NCBI GenBank assembly: GCA_001687465.1
Contig: LVLI01000079.1
Location: forward strand, 62,001 to 126,000
Origin: Halocafeteria seosinensis
Lineage: Eukaryota
Direction of reading: 5' to 3'
DNA length: 64,000 bases
The notes beneath the pieces were generated by a model that worked only from the letters and a program-made list of their open reading frames with translations, was not told where the DNA came from and did no database searches. Positions 1 through 11,956 of the stretch are shown here, piece by piece. Made by a program: the position numbers and the translations under genes. Each line of letters opens with the position of its first letter. Positions within the stretch are counted from its first letter, which is position 1.

Positions 1-3000
1 ATGAAATACGGTCACTGTGTTCTGTATACTGGAAGCCGTGGCTAACAGTTTGTTGGGTCGGGGAAGATGGACGCCACGGAGGTATTTTCTTCTTGTGGTC
101 TAGGTGCGGTGAAACGGCTGACAGCATCTGACGAGGTACTAAACGGTCGTTTGGGCCATCGGTACCGCGAGAACCATGCTGGGATGGGATTGCTTTCCCA
201 TTGTGTGCGGTTTTCTCACTTTGAGAAACGAGGGTGGCGCGGCGCATCTCTACAATGTTTTTGAATCGCGCACGTTCATCCTCAAGCCGAGACACTCCAT
301 ACTTTAAGGTCCTCTCCTTTTCTTCTATGGTCTTCAGAAGCTCTTTACTGTTATTCCCTGGCTGTCCCACCTGAGAGTACAAGTGGGAAAGACAGTTGAC
401 CGCTTCTGCGATCTGCCTTTGGGACCCATAGAGCACAGATAACATCGTTGAGATACTAAACGTTGCCTCCCCATTCTGTTTACAATCCTCGATCTCCACG
501 GAAGCATGCTTCTGCACAATATACCGTCGAATCGCTCGTTGGATACGCAAGGCAGCATCCCTCGTCCGTTGCTTTTCTTCATTAGCCTCTTGGTTTTGCG
601 TCCCGCTGACTGCTTCTTGTTTTTTCTGAGCATTGTAAGCGTCTCTCATCTGACGCGCTAGCCACTTCGAAACGTTGAAATCTTCTGCAATACTGGAGAT
701 TACGTCAGGTGACGTTTTCTCATTGGTAGGGCGGGATACCGTGTCAGAGGGAGAAGAATCCACTTCACTCTTCCGTTCGACATTCTCCGGCTCGTTGCCA
801 CGATTCCCGACGGCGAAATCCGGATTAAATTTGTTCAACAGCTGTAACGCTCTTTCATAGGATAAGTGCTTTTTCTTTCCCGTCTGTCGAATTAGATAGG
901 AAACATCAAGTCCCGGAGAACTTTCTCTCTGAAGCGCGTCAGCGTTATTCGAAGGCGCAAACTTCCGAAGCTGTTGCCTTCTGCGGAACGATTCTGCCAA
1001 TGACTTCTGGTACAACGAACTATAGGTAGAAGAAACTGAGGAACGCGGTGAGTAGTTTGAATCGCTGTATTCGTGAGTTGAGGACGTATCGATAGTAAGG
1101 TCCGTTTTGGAGTGCGGTGCTTTCGATCCAATTGCAAAAGAACAGTCGTAATCTGCACTTCCTTTGTACCCTTTTGCCGACTCGCCCCAGGCATTGGGCT
1201 CCCGCCTCGAAAATGAATTTGCTACTGCATGCTCAACGTTGTTCTCCTGTCTCATTTTAGAAATTGCAGCACTGGTTGCAGTCGAAGTACTCGTAGTGAT
1301 TCCCCATGTTACCTTGTTATCCGTGGAGCTGTTTACAATGTTGGAGTCTTTACTACTTGCCACTTGAAATCCACCTATCTGTCCCTGATCCAAAATGCTG
1401 TCACCTGCCAACCCCTGTCGCGAAAGCGTATTCTTCACCGAAGTATCAAATCTGTTTTCCTGCTTGGATGACTTAACTGTTGAGTCTGGAGCACTGATTC
1501 CAGTCCAAACCCTGGTAGAACCAGGTTCACTGCCTGTCACTTGCAGCCCGCCCGCGCCCTTATTATCGCCTGTGTACGCGGTAAAGGTGGTATCGGTTTC
1601 CGAGGAAGTACCAGCAGGTGTCGTGGTTGCTTGCTTTGGAGTGGAGTTTACTGTCTGCTTACTTGACACCGTCGTTTCTGCGAAAGAGGATCCAGATTCA
1701 GCAACCAAACTCGCTCCTTGAGTGTCTGCTGTAGTAAAGACGTCACTACTGGGTACAGTAGGTGCATCCATGGACCACACTTGGTGAGTAGTCACTGGTA
1801 CAATATCGGAAGAGCTGCCGGTTTCGGTGTCCAGCGACGTCCACACTCCTGTCTCCGCAACGGTTGCCGAGGAAGAGCTCACTGATAGTGCAGGTTCCGG
1901 TTCCGATGCAGCGGCAGCGGCATTCTCCTGTGACGGCTTACTTGACACCGTCGTTTCTGCGAAAGAGGATCCAGATTCAGCAACCAAACTCGCTCCTTGA
2001 GTGTCTGCTGTAGTAAAGACGTCACTACTGGGTACAGTAGGTGCATCCATGGACCACACTTGGTGAGTAGTCACTGGTATAATATCGGAAGAGCTGCCGG
2101 TTTCGGTGTCCAACGACGTCCACACTCCTGTCTCCGCAACGGTTGCCGAGGAAGAGCTCACTGATAGTGCAGGTTCCGGTATCGACGCAGCGGCACTCTC
2201 CTGTGACGAGGCAGTCTGGGAGTCCCGATCGGTTTGACTCAACCAGTATCGGGGAGTGTCTGGACTAGAAGTTGCAGCGACGGTGTCTCCACTAGCCTGA
2301 AGTGAGGAATGGTAGTTCCCCATCTTTCCCTCATCCATGACGGGGTATTCTTCCGAAGGAGTTGGCGGAACTGAAGCTCCAGCAGAGTATTGTTCCTCTT
2401 GTGGGTCAGGCATTGAATTGGGAGGAGGGGGCGGTGCTCCAGGTGGACCACGCTCGTGATATGGCATGGCACCAGGTGCGTGTGAAAGAGGCTGTTTTGA
2501 TTGGGAATCACGCGAGGACGCTGCATACCGGACAGAACAAAGTCAATAGGCAGTAGCGGTTTCACAAAACGAAGGTACTGACGAACCTGGAGGAGGGGGA
2601 AGTGGGGGTGTGGGACTATCATCTCTCTTCGCGTGTTCTCCTGCAGTAAACAACATGTATTGACGCGCAGCAGCCAAACATGTTTGGTAGTGCGGGAATT
2701 TCTTACTCGGAACGGTGGTTGTGTTGCCTCCTTTGGGAGGTGCTGCAGACGACGTCGTATGGGCAAGTTTGACAACAGTAGATCAACATAATAATGCTAC
2801 CTCAGCAATCCTTACTTGCTCTACCCCCGTCATTCGAAGGAGCTGGGGAGGGAGGGCGTTCTGAAATGAAATCAGCAAGTAAACGTATCACAAGGGCTGG
2901 TAAACTCAGTAGCAGCTTACTTGGTCTAGGAGCGTAGTCCCAGTAATCTTGAGGGGGTTGCGGAGATCCTGTATAGCAAGCGTCGAGGGGCAGGTCATGC

Positions 3001-4534
3001 ATGAAAGGAGTAATCTTCTCAGTAGTCACCTTACTTGATCTAGCAGCGTAGTCCCAGTAATCTTGAGGGGGTTGCGGAGATCCTGTATAGCAAACGTCGA
3101 GGGGCAGATCATGCATGAAAGGAGTTCTCTTCTCAGTAGTCGTCTTACTTGATCTAGCATCGTAATCCCAGAAGTCTTGAGGCTGTTGAGCAGGTTGAGG
3201 GGGTGGCGGTGTTCCTGTGGTGAACAAAACAGGAATGAGTCGATCACGCATAAAGAATAAATCGTTTAGCAAAGACTTACTTGATCTAGCATCGTACTCC
3301 CAATAGTCTTGAGGGGGTGGAGGTGCTCCTGTGGCACAACATTGCCTGGCAGTGGCCGCATGAAGAGAAGCAGTAGCAAGCATCAAGGCCTTACTTGGTC
3401 TAGCATCGTAATTCCAATACACTTGCGGGGGCGGCGGTGCTCCTGTATTGTAACATCAGAATGTAGGAGGGGGCATGACTGGAACCAGCTCATCTGAGTG
3501 ATGCCTTACCTCTAACGTCGTAACCCCAATAGTCCTGCGGGGGTGGGGGTGCTCCTGTACATTGCAAAGTCGACATGTAGAAACCGCACGGGTGGAAGTA
3601 TTTCTTCTTGGTGACCACTTACTCGATCTACCATCGTAATCCCAGTAGTGTTGAGGGGGTGGAGGCATCCCTGTATTTCCGAATCAATAGGTAGAGACGG
3701 CATGAGCGGAAGAAGTTCGTTTAGTATTCTCTTACTTAATCTAGCATCATAATCTCCGTAGTCTTGAGGGGATGGCGATGCTCCTGCATTGTAGAACGGA
3801 CAGGTAGAGACCACATTGATGGACGAGTTCGTCTCGACGATATCTTACTTGATCTAGCATTGTAACCTCGATAGGATGCTTGAGGAGGTGGCGGTGCTGC
3901 TGTCCCTCTGGCGCCTGTATTGTGGAATCGACACACGGCATTACATTACAAATTGTATGAGTGGGCACGAGCTTCGTCTCAGTGATATCTTACTTGATCT
4001 TGGATCGTATTCCCAATAGTCTTGAGAATAGGACGGTGATTCTGCATTGCCAAGCCGACAGATCGGGACCACATACGGGAAGAAGTTGATCTCAGTGCAG
4101 TCTTACTTGATCGAGGAAGATTCTTCGCAGGAGGCGGAGTCGGTGGTGGAGGTGGTGGTGCTGCAGTGCAAAGACAGTGGGTCGCTAAATATACCTCGAG
4201 ACTTCACTCCCTAGAAGAGTACCAAACTTACATTCGGTTCGTATGGTTCGGCCTCCCTTGGCTTGTTTCTTCGCGGGGAGAGGCGGTGGCGGCGGAGAGT
4301 TCTTTTTTTCTGCACACACACAACAGTAAATCACCAAATCGTATACATAAGCGTAAAGTTGAATCATTGCAACGTACTTGCGGTCGCGCGTTCCTGACTT
4401 CCACTTCTAGTAGGGGGAAGAGGGCGGCTAGCCGCCGGCTGCGTTGGCGCAGTTGACCGCCAGGGTGAACGTGAAGTTGTTCGTCCAGCCGTTGACGGAG
4501 GCGGGCGACCGGTGGACCTCTGCCTCCAAGCCAT
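1..4534 (-). CDS. Large multi-exon Pro/Ser-rich protein with tandem micro-exon repeats and an IQ-like motif; 3' end runs off the window
   Basis: Manual splice model: ATG at 4534, exon 4378-4534, then 15 small exons separated by phase-1 GT..AG introns of 60-79 nt, then an open frame from 2520 to position 1 with no stop. That frame contains AALRIQRAIRRYIVQK (IQ-like). The ORF track misses it because no stop lies in the window. Confidence 0.8.
1657..2207. repeat. Near-identical 279-bp (93-codon) tandem duplication inside the long exon
   Basis: cttacttgacaccgtcgtttctgcgaaagaggatcc at 1658 and 1937; the offset of 279 preserves the frame. Confidence 0.95.
2921..4106 (-). repeat. Array of 10 exon+intron units (~114 bp period) encoding PPPPQDYWDYDARS-like peptides
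   Basis: Exons 2921-2968, 3035-3082, 3149-3214, 3281-3328, 3395-3442, 3510-3554, 3623-3670, 3736-3783, 3849-3914, 3994-4041. Each is followed by GTAAG and preceded by CAG on the minus strand. Confidence 0.92.
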
Positions 4535-5339
4535 CGTGAATAAGAATTATGTGATCAATTGCACCGGGGCGGTCCAGGTGTATAAGGAAGATATATACTT
4601 CTTCGCTGTGCGCGTTTTAGGAGCCGTTCTGTTGGGAGAAGTGCGTCATACGATGTGCAGTTATACAAGTCCATGAAGAGCTCCATGCACGTACCTCAAA
4701 TAAGACCGCCGTCAGATAGGGTTGCTTAGCAGTGTACAAGACGCGAAATGGTAGGATAGCAGCGCAGAAACAAAGAAAGCGAAAGAAAAGAAACTAGAGC
4801 GTCCTCCCGCTTGCGAGTTCGACACTTCTTGAACCGTTTTTCACACCCACTTATAAACCGTAAACCACCTGCCTACGGAGGCACGCTACTGGGGAGTTAC
4901 GGATAACAATACCAAAATAACCTGCTGGCGCTTTGAGGATAGCGCGTGGCTGCCATGGCAAAAACTTGCTACCGAAATAGGTAACCTAATGCGACCTCGA
5001 CGCGGCCAACGCTGTGGCGCAACGGTATAACCATATCAGGCAGCATGTTCGGATCGGCCACCACCACCACCTCTCCGGGACGGTCTCCCGCAGCATGCAC
5101 ACCATCAAAAAGGCTACCAGATATACGTACCATGGCAGTATACTCGCTCGAAATGAAAAAATTAGCATACCCGCACCCGTTTGAACCATGTTGCGCATAC
5201 ATGTGTAGTACCGCTCCTCGCTAAGAGGTTGCGGTCAACTCCTCGGCCTGCCTATCTGCCACGTGTGTGTGTGTATAGAGCTGGCCTTTTCTGTCGACAT
5301 CTCAAGGGTCGGTGACATGACGTACACTATTTCGCAGAG

Positions 5340-5990
5340 AACTCTCTGATCAGACAATTTTGGGAGGGGGAACTCAAGAATGCTGTCTTATCCAAATTCA
5401 TGAAGGAAGAAGATCCGACAAATAAAATATAAACCATTGCAGGAAATATCCAAAGCAGCTCAATTGTAGAGAGATTCGATGGAACATTCAAGAGGATGTT
5501 AAGGAAAGCACATATGCTGACTGGTGATACTATGGAAAGCTTTGGAGTCTTCTAGAAACAATTGAGCGCGGCAAGAATGATAACGCTTCCCCTACCGGTA
5601 GGGTTAGTGGATGAACTACGATGAGAGTAAGCATGAAACAATAGGAGTGAAGCACTAGACAAGGAGAACCGCGAAGCAGTAAGACGGGCAACCTTCTTGA
5701 ATAGAACGTTTAATCTAGAAGAAGAACGATGATTTAAACGAAGGAGGCAAAGTAAAAGAGGCATTCCGAAGACAAAAAATGGTCAAGAGCCTTATTAACG
5801 GGAGCTCAGACTGTATGAAGTCATAAGAGCTGATAGAGTCAGTGAAGATTCAAAATCAGTCGCATATCGCATTAAGAATTTAGAGACACAACCAGTAAGT
5901 GGATTTTATGGCAGAGCACTTCTACAAAAGATTGAAGGAGTGCAAAACAAAGACAGAGCGAATGAAATTCAAGGGGGAGATATGTGCATT
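5340..5990 (+). pseudogene. Decayed rve integrase, Maverick/Polinton/virophage-like
   Basis: SDN..GELKNAVLSKFMKE...SSSIVERFDGTFKRML resembles the integrase DNGxEF...NGxVERFNxTLK core. It is followed by YEVIR...YRIKNLETQPVSGFYGRALLQKI, like the Maverick integrase C-terminus. Contains stops and frameshifts. Confidence 0.7.
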
Positions 5991-6334
5991 GTGGTGTGGA
6001 ATTTCCGCTCGACGGAATTCGTCGTCGTTTTCTTTGTGGTCGATCTTGAGAACTATCACCTGCTTCAACATTTTCTGCCGAGAGTAGATCTTTCATTCTT
6101 TGTCTCCATTCCTCAGAGGTCCCGTAGCGATTACCGTAGTGATAGACGTTGCCATTGCTGACCGAAGTACTGGTAACACTTCCAGATGCGGAGTCTCCCC
6201 GCTGGCTTTCAGATATAGAGCTTCTTTGCTCGTGTGTTGCACTGTCGGCGGAATCTACGTGCTGGTCTGAGTCATCGAAAGTCCATTTAGGATAATGAGA
6301 GGGTAAAAGGAGCCAATCCCCTTTCTCGCTCTCA

Positions 6335-7422
6335 TTACTTTGAAAAAACTTTACCTTCCTCTATTGTCAACCCGTGATTAGGGTGCTTCTTAGAAAGCTT
6401 CTGAAACGAATACTTGGCATGATTCACCAGTATCCTTCTCCAAGGTTTTCTGCCATTCGGAAACTTCAGTTGCCGCATATGTAGATTCTTGTGGTCCCCT
6501 TTCCGCGCTTGCTTGTCCAAAACAACGCAGTAGAATGTGTCGCTTAAAAATTCCCACAGAAACGCGAGCTCCTTCCTATCTACTCTAAGTCTAAGGTACA
6601 AAGCATTTTTAGGCTTGTTTATAGCTTCCGTTGACAGACCCATGCCCGGCAGAAACTTTGGCCCCACTATGGGGACAAAGATGAGAGGCGACACAGTCTT
6701 CTTCAGCGGCACCGGTTAGCTGACACTTGGGATCTCATACCCGTGTTCCGTTTTCCGTGTAAAAATAATATCTTTTGACCTTCTTGTCCCAATTTTGAGA
6801 TCAATAGGTTGTTCGGGATGGATGCGTCGGACCAAGCGTCGCCGTCTCGAGCTATGAAGTGTCGCCTGGCATCATCATTCCCTTCGCCGATTACTTTGGC
6901 CAGAGCTATCAGCTTTGCCTTCATATCTTCTTTAATCTAAGGAACGTCATAAACTGTTTCTGGGTAGACAGACTTTATGACGTCCTTGTAACTTTTGAAG
7001 TCAACCCACTTATCTACCTTGTCTATTGCTCCCTTTTTGTCATTCGTCAGGAATTCTTGTTTGAGCTTTCCATGATAGAAGGCACTCTTGAATTCGTCGT
7101 CAGCAACCATAAAACATGCCACTAGGAGCCTTTTCCGAAGACTTTTAAGCTTTTCCTCAAATGACAAATTCTCCCTGCGAAAATGCCTCGTGGCGTCTTG
7201 ATAGGGTCGGCTAAGGCGTTTCACTACCTCTGCAATTTCGCCAGCTCCACCTTCCCCACCTATTTCAAAGCAACCTTCGAGCTCTTCATCTGTTCCTTCT
7301 TGAACATACGGTCTCAAAGCTCCAATAAAATACTCCTTTCGTGCTTTGAGAGCATCAACAAGAGGTTCTCTTTGTCTTCTCTCTCCTGTAAAGATGTTGG
7401 AGCGGTTCCGGGTAGGGTTCAC
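6335..7422 (-). pseudogene. Disrupted intronless ORF of unknown function (~360 codons)
   Basis: ORFs 6937-7422 and 6703-6924 are in the same frame, separated by one TAG. ORF 6335-6712 continues after an apparent frameshift. Confidence 0.5.
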
Positions 7423-7439
7423 CCCTTACACGGCGTAGC

Positions 7440-8620
7440 GTAGCCTGTAGCCTACACGTCTTCCGGCAGGAGCAATACACACAATAATGTGTATATGCAA
7501 TTGCACTGGTAAATCGTTTCTTGCAAAACTAATCTATACAATCCGCAAACGTGTTTGTATTTTCACTTCCATGATCTGCCACCTCCTTTGATGGCACTTT
7601 TTCGTTTCGCTCCCTCCCTGTACAATGTGTATTGTAAAGTTTGCACGTTCTTTTGTGTCATCCCCTTTTATTTTCTTCCAGTCTCTGCAAAACTTCCGGC
7701 TTTACGTACTTAAGCATATGGGGTCAGGTGCTGGCAGTACATCATGGTACTCGGTCTTCCGCATTAAGCTTCTCCAAGTCACGGGTGTGTGTTTCCCCCA
7801 ATGTAGACTCTTTCGGCGTCTAAATACTCCTTCGAGCCTTGTAGCCGCATCGTGCCTCCACAGAACAGAGCTTGACATAATCGCAAGCAGGTAGAAGCAA
7901 GGAGTCTCACTTGCGTTTCGATAGACATAGAAATAGTCCCAACAAGAGTCCAATGAAATTCATGTTACTCTTTGTTTTCATCACTTTTTTTTTTTTTTTT
8001 TCAAACTTCTCAACTCGTCGCGCTTTCGTATCATCATGTGGCTGCGTGTTCGTTGTTTGCCTTAGCTCCACGAGTTCCTCCACTAGCACTTCCTGAAAGA
8101 ATTCATGTTCGATGAGCCTTCAATTTTGTGCCCCAGTGAAATCGCGCCACGCTTGGCTTGAGGTCCGTGGATGTGTGCCTAGCGGTTGTGTTGCTTCGCT
8201 GTTTTGTCTTCGTCAGCTTTTTTCTTCCCTTTCTCCTCGTCGTCTTCATCCTCCCCTTCATGATACTCGTGAAATTTTTCAAGTTCTTTATACTCGCTAA
8301 TAAGATCTTCCATATTTTGATTGGCTTCAACAAAGTGTTGTTCGTCCATTGTCGTTCACTCTCGAGTCTCCGACTGCAGCTTCACCAAGTTGTTAAGCAA
8401 AAGTTCAATTGATCGCAGGCTCCAAAGTGAACGCTACAAAATGGTATTCCCTTCCAAGGTAGGATGTATTGGTCAGTAACCCTTACGGGCACGCTCAGAG
8501 AGGGAGTATAATGAGTTTGCTCTCAATATTATAGTTCCATACATTGAGAGAAAAGAACTCTGGAAGAACGAAATACCCTAGGCATTTCGGGTATTCAACA
8601 ATTCACATCGTTGTAGTCAA
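7440..8620 (-). mobile_element. Possible highly decayed piggyBac-like transposase remnant
   Basis: Fragments occur in the expected order: VTDQYILPWKG (cf. xDExMIPFKG), NMNFI / SKRK*..LL...D, and a Cys-rich tail RTCKL...DCID*FCKKR. Many disablements; no TIRs found. Confidence 0.35.
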
Positions 8621-8980
8621 TGACATTTTTCGCATTGACAAGCTACTAAATACACTATTTGGCGGGGACAATGTGGTCGAAGTTTTGTGAAGGAGTTGGG
8701 TTGAGTCTTACGCGATATAGTATAGTCTACAGACGGTCCATCCTCCTGGTTTATTAAGCATGTCGCATTCGCATTGTTTCATTACCCAATTCCGTTCTAG
8801 TTAGACAATTTTTTTTTTTTCCTGAGAATTTACTCTCCAGAACACACTGTCAATGCTAACTTTTGGAGGACCCGTATGATTCAAACACTGTCCAAGCAAA
8901 ACATCCCGCAAGTTGTCAAATCGGCGACTATACGAGTTCTTTAGTGAGATGCTCCGAGGAATTAACTTCATTCCTCTACC

Positions 8981-11944
8981 ATGGCTCATCGTCAAGAAGA
9001 AGCTTGGAAGATTCCTATAAGTAGTGAGGGAGAATGCACAGCGTTGACATCGTCAACATTGGCCATATCTGCTGCACACGGCGGCACACCTGATGGGCAG
9101 AAAGCCGAAGAGGATAACAGTGATTTCGTGTACCAGTACAGTTGCGGAATAATTGCTGTTGCTACGCATGACGGACGTCAGGGGAAGAACCAAGTGACAT
9201 TGATCCTGCGGAGGCCAAGTTGTCCTGGCGAGGATGACGACTTCCCGTCTTCCTATGAAGTATGGAATATTTCATGTGCTGCTTTTTCAACCGTATTCTC
9301 GGGACTACTGCTGTTGGTTTATATAGGCTACGCAGAGAGTGGACTGCCACGCAGTTTTCGATTCTAATCCGATTACTGCGCTGCACTTCCATCAAAACGG
9401 TGACCTTGTCCAACTTACAGGAGTTTCGACTTCAGCAATCTGCTTATGGAGATGGCAAGTACCGAGAAAGTCTCCATTGGAAACCGAGGACCTTGCTTTC
9501 AACAGAATTGGTAAACTTCTTACTGTTCCTCGGCTGATCTAGAATTGAGCAAGCTCAACGTATGTGATACGACTGCAGAGCATGGTCTAGTGGATGAGCC
9601 GCGTTGTGCTCAGTTTGATGGTACTGGAGAATGCTTAGCTATTTGCACAGGAAATTGCGTGAAAATAATGGCTATCCAGGTAAGAGCGCTCTGGATAACG
9701 TCGTACAGAATGATGATCCATAAATACCTTATGCCTTGCTCACAGGAACGAAAAGAAGTTGCAACGTTAACTGATGAAGGTCACATTAACTGCTGTAGCT
9801 TTTTCGCTAACAACAACGCAGAGCACCTGTTGCTTACTTGTGGGTATTCCCAATCGGTTGATGTATGGGATCTGGGACTATGCAAAAAGGTGTGCTCAAG
9901 CGGCATCATCTCGAGTACTGCCTTGCTGTCGCTTCACGCCACATGCGAAGATCAACCGACGGTGGTCGCTGGGGACGCCGACGGCACGATAGTTGTATAT
10001 CGGTTAGAAGGTACTCAGTCAGGGAGATATTCGCTTTATCTGATCAAGAAGCTAGATCTCTGCGGGTACATTACTCCGGATATGAACGGTGACTCCGCGG
10101 GACACAAGCCGCTATCCGTCTACGCCATATCTACGCTGCGAGATAAACCTGACCTGCACGTATCCGAAACTGAAGCCGAATCGGATAACTTTGGCACGAG
10201 AGATACGAATGAGTTGTATTTGCATACCCCTACACTGTTGCTGTGCTTAGACCAACGGACACTGGAGATCACTGCTTGTTGCTGGCTGAGTGGTTTAGTC
10301 TATTATTCTGCCCTTCTCTGCGATGGAATGAGTCAAGCAACATTTTGCGAATGGGCTGAAGGAAGTATATGCATTGCTTCGCTCCATAGCCTGCAATGGG
10401 AACGCCAGTTGTCACAGCAATGTGAACCATCTCATGGCAGCTCTATTGTACTGTTTCCTAGTCGGCCCTTGGGTAGCCACTCCTTGCTGAGATGCAAACA
10501 CCGAACGCCGGTAACAGGAGCCAGCGCAAATTGTAAAGGAGCGTCTGATAAGAACAAGGTTAAACCCGCCATGTTCCATCAGTCTGTGAAATCTTCGGGA
10601 TACGGAAGTGTCAAACCCCGAGAACTCTTCGGAAAGGATAGGGAGAAGAAAACGAAGAGTAGAGCAGAGGGTAATCGTGGTAGTGGCGAAAATCCCGTCA
10701 TGCGCCAGTTTCCAATAGACGCAGACCTTCCAAACACCCCGGAACAAAGCCTAAATGACATGCTTTCCTCGGCACCTCTTCATTCAGCCGGCATCCGTAG
10801 AGTGCGCTGGTCTTCTTCAGGGAACTCCCTGGCCACCTGTTCGTGGGATGGTTCAGTTGCCGTTTCCAGGCTTCCTTCTTCGGTTTTATACACGGAAGCA
10901 AGAACAAGGAACACTAAACAGTCACCACCATGCCAAGTGAAGAAAATGAGTCTCTTTCCGAGAAGTTGTGTGCATTTGGAGTGGAGTTTTCATTCCTACG
11001 AAGGGGCTTCAGCGGTGCAACTTGCGCAGCGTCAAGCTTCTTACGTTGTGTCAAAAAAGTCCACTACGAAGGGAGCCGAATCCCCGCTACTGCTGGCGGC
11101 TTCTGAGGACCAGGTTACCTTATGCTCTGCAGCAAAGAACGAGCCTTTATTATCAATTCCTGTAGACGATTATCTGAAATCTTCTTTTCCCATCGCACGG
11201 GCTCAATTCTTTTACGAAGACAAGATTATGCTCGTCTGCAGGCACTCCTCTCTAATGGCATTTGCTTATCAGTTGCAGCCTTCATCCGATGAAGGTTCCT
11301 ATGCTTTGAATGGCAGAGTAGATCTCCCTTCGGGTTCCGTGGCTTCTGCAGGGGTCGGCATCAACAGCCCCCGATCAACCATGGTCTTCGTAGCTACCAC
11401 TGGAAGGAGCATCCATGCGATAGACCTCGAAGCCAATAAAGTGACTACAACTTGGGAAAACGCTCATTCGGCCACTCCGCACGCGCTGGCTATCCCCGAC
11501 AACTCGTTTGCGGCGAACTTGGAACCAGGCCGATTTTACCTGCTAGCCTCGGCTTCTTCCCAAGGCTCCATACAAGGTAGAGAAGGAATCAACCTTTGGG
11601 ATTTGAGGACCAATTCCAGGTGTATGTGTCTCTATGGGCACCAACACCGCTCCTCAGCTGTGGGTTGTGGCGTGGCATTCTCCCCAGATGCGAAGTTCGT
11701 CGCCACTGGCTCGGAAGACAATGTGAGTGGCAATCTGCTATGCCGCAGTATCAGGCTTATTCGTTTTGTTTATCTCTACGTTATATTTGATCAGATGGTT
11801 TATTTGTACGACATGCGCAAGCCTTCATCATTTATTGCACGCCTGAAGGGGCCTAAAGATTCCGTTACTGACGTTACATTTCACCCAAGGTATCCGCGTA
11901 TCACCGCAGCTACGCTTGATGGAGCCCTGAAAAACTACACCTGA
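8981..11944 (+). CDS. WDR27: WD40-repeat protein, WDR27-like (spliced)
   Basis: Multiple WD repeats (LATCSWDGSV, LWDLRT, FVATGSEDN..YLYDMR, VTDVTFHP) and the FHQSVKSSGY linker motif seen in WDR27. 5' exons are approximate. Confidence 0.75.
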
Positions 11945-11956
11945 GAAAGAATTGTC

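Noticed and set aside
2802..3422. 206-aa ORF as a stand-alone gene
   Set aside because: It is a read-through of 60/66-nt introns that happen to lack stops; it belongs to the larger spliced gene.
2900..4110. CRISPR-like regularly spaced repeats
   Set aside because: The repeats are degenerate, carry splice signals and encode an in-frame peptide; the context is eukaryotic with no cas genes.
4969..5202. Short overlapping minus-strand ORFs
   Set aside because: No recognisable motifs; they lie at the edge of a decayed repeat island.
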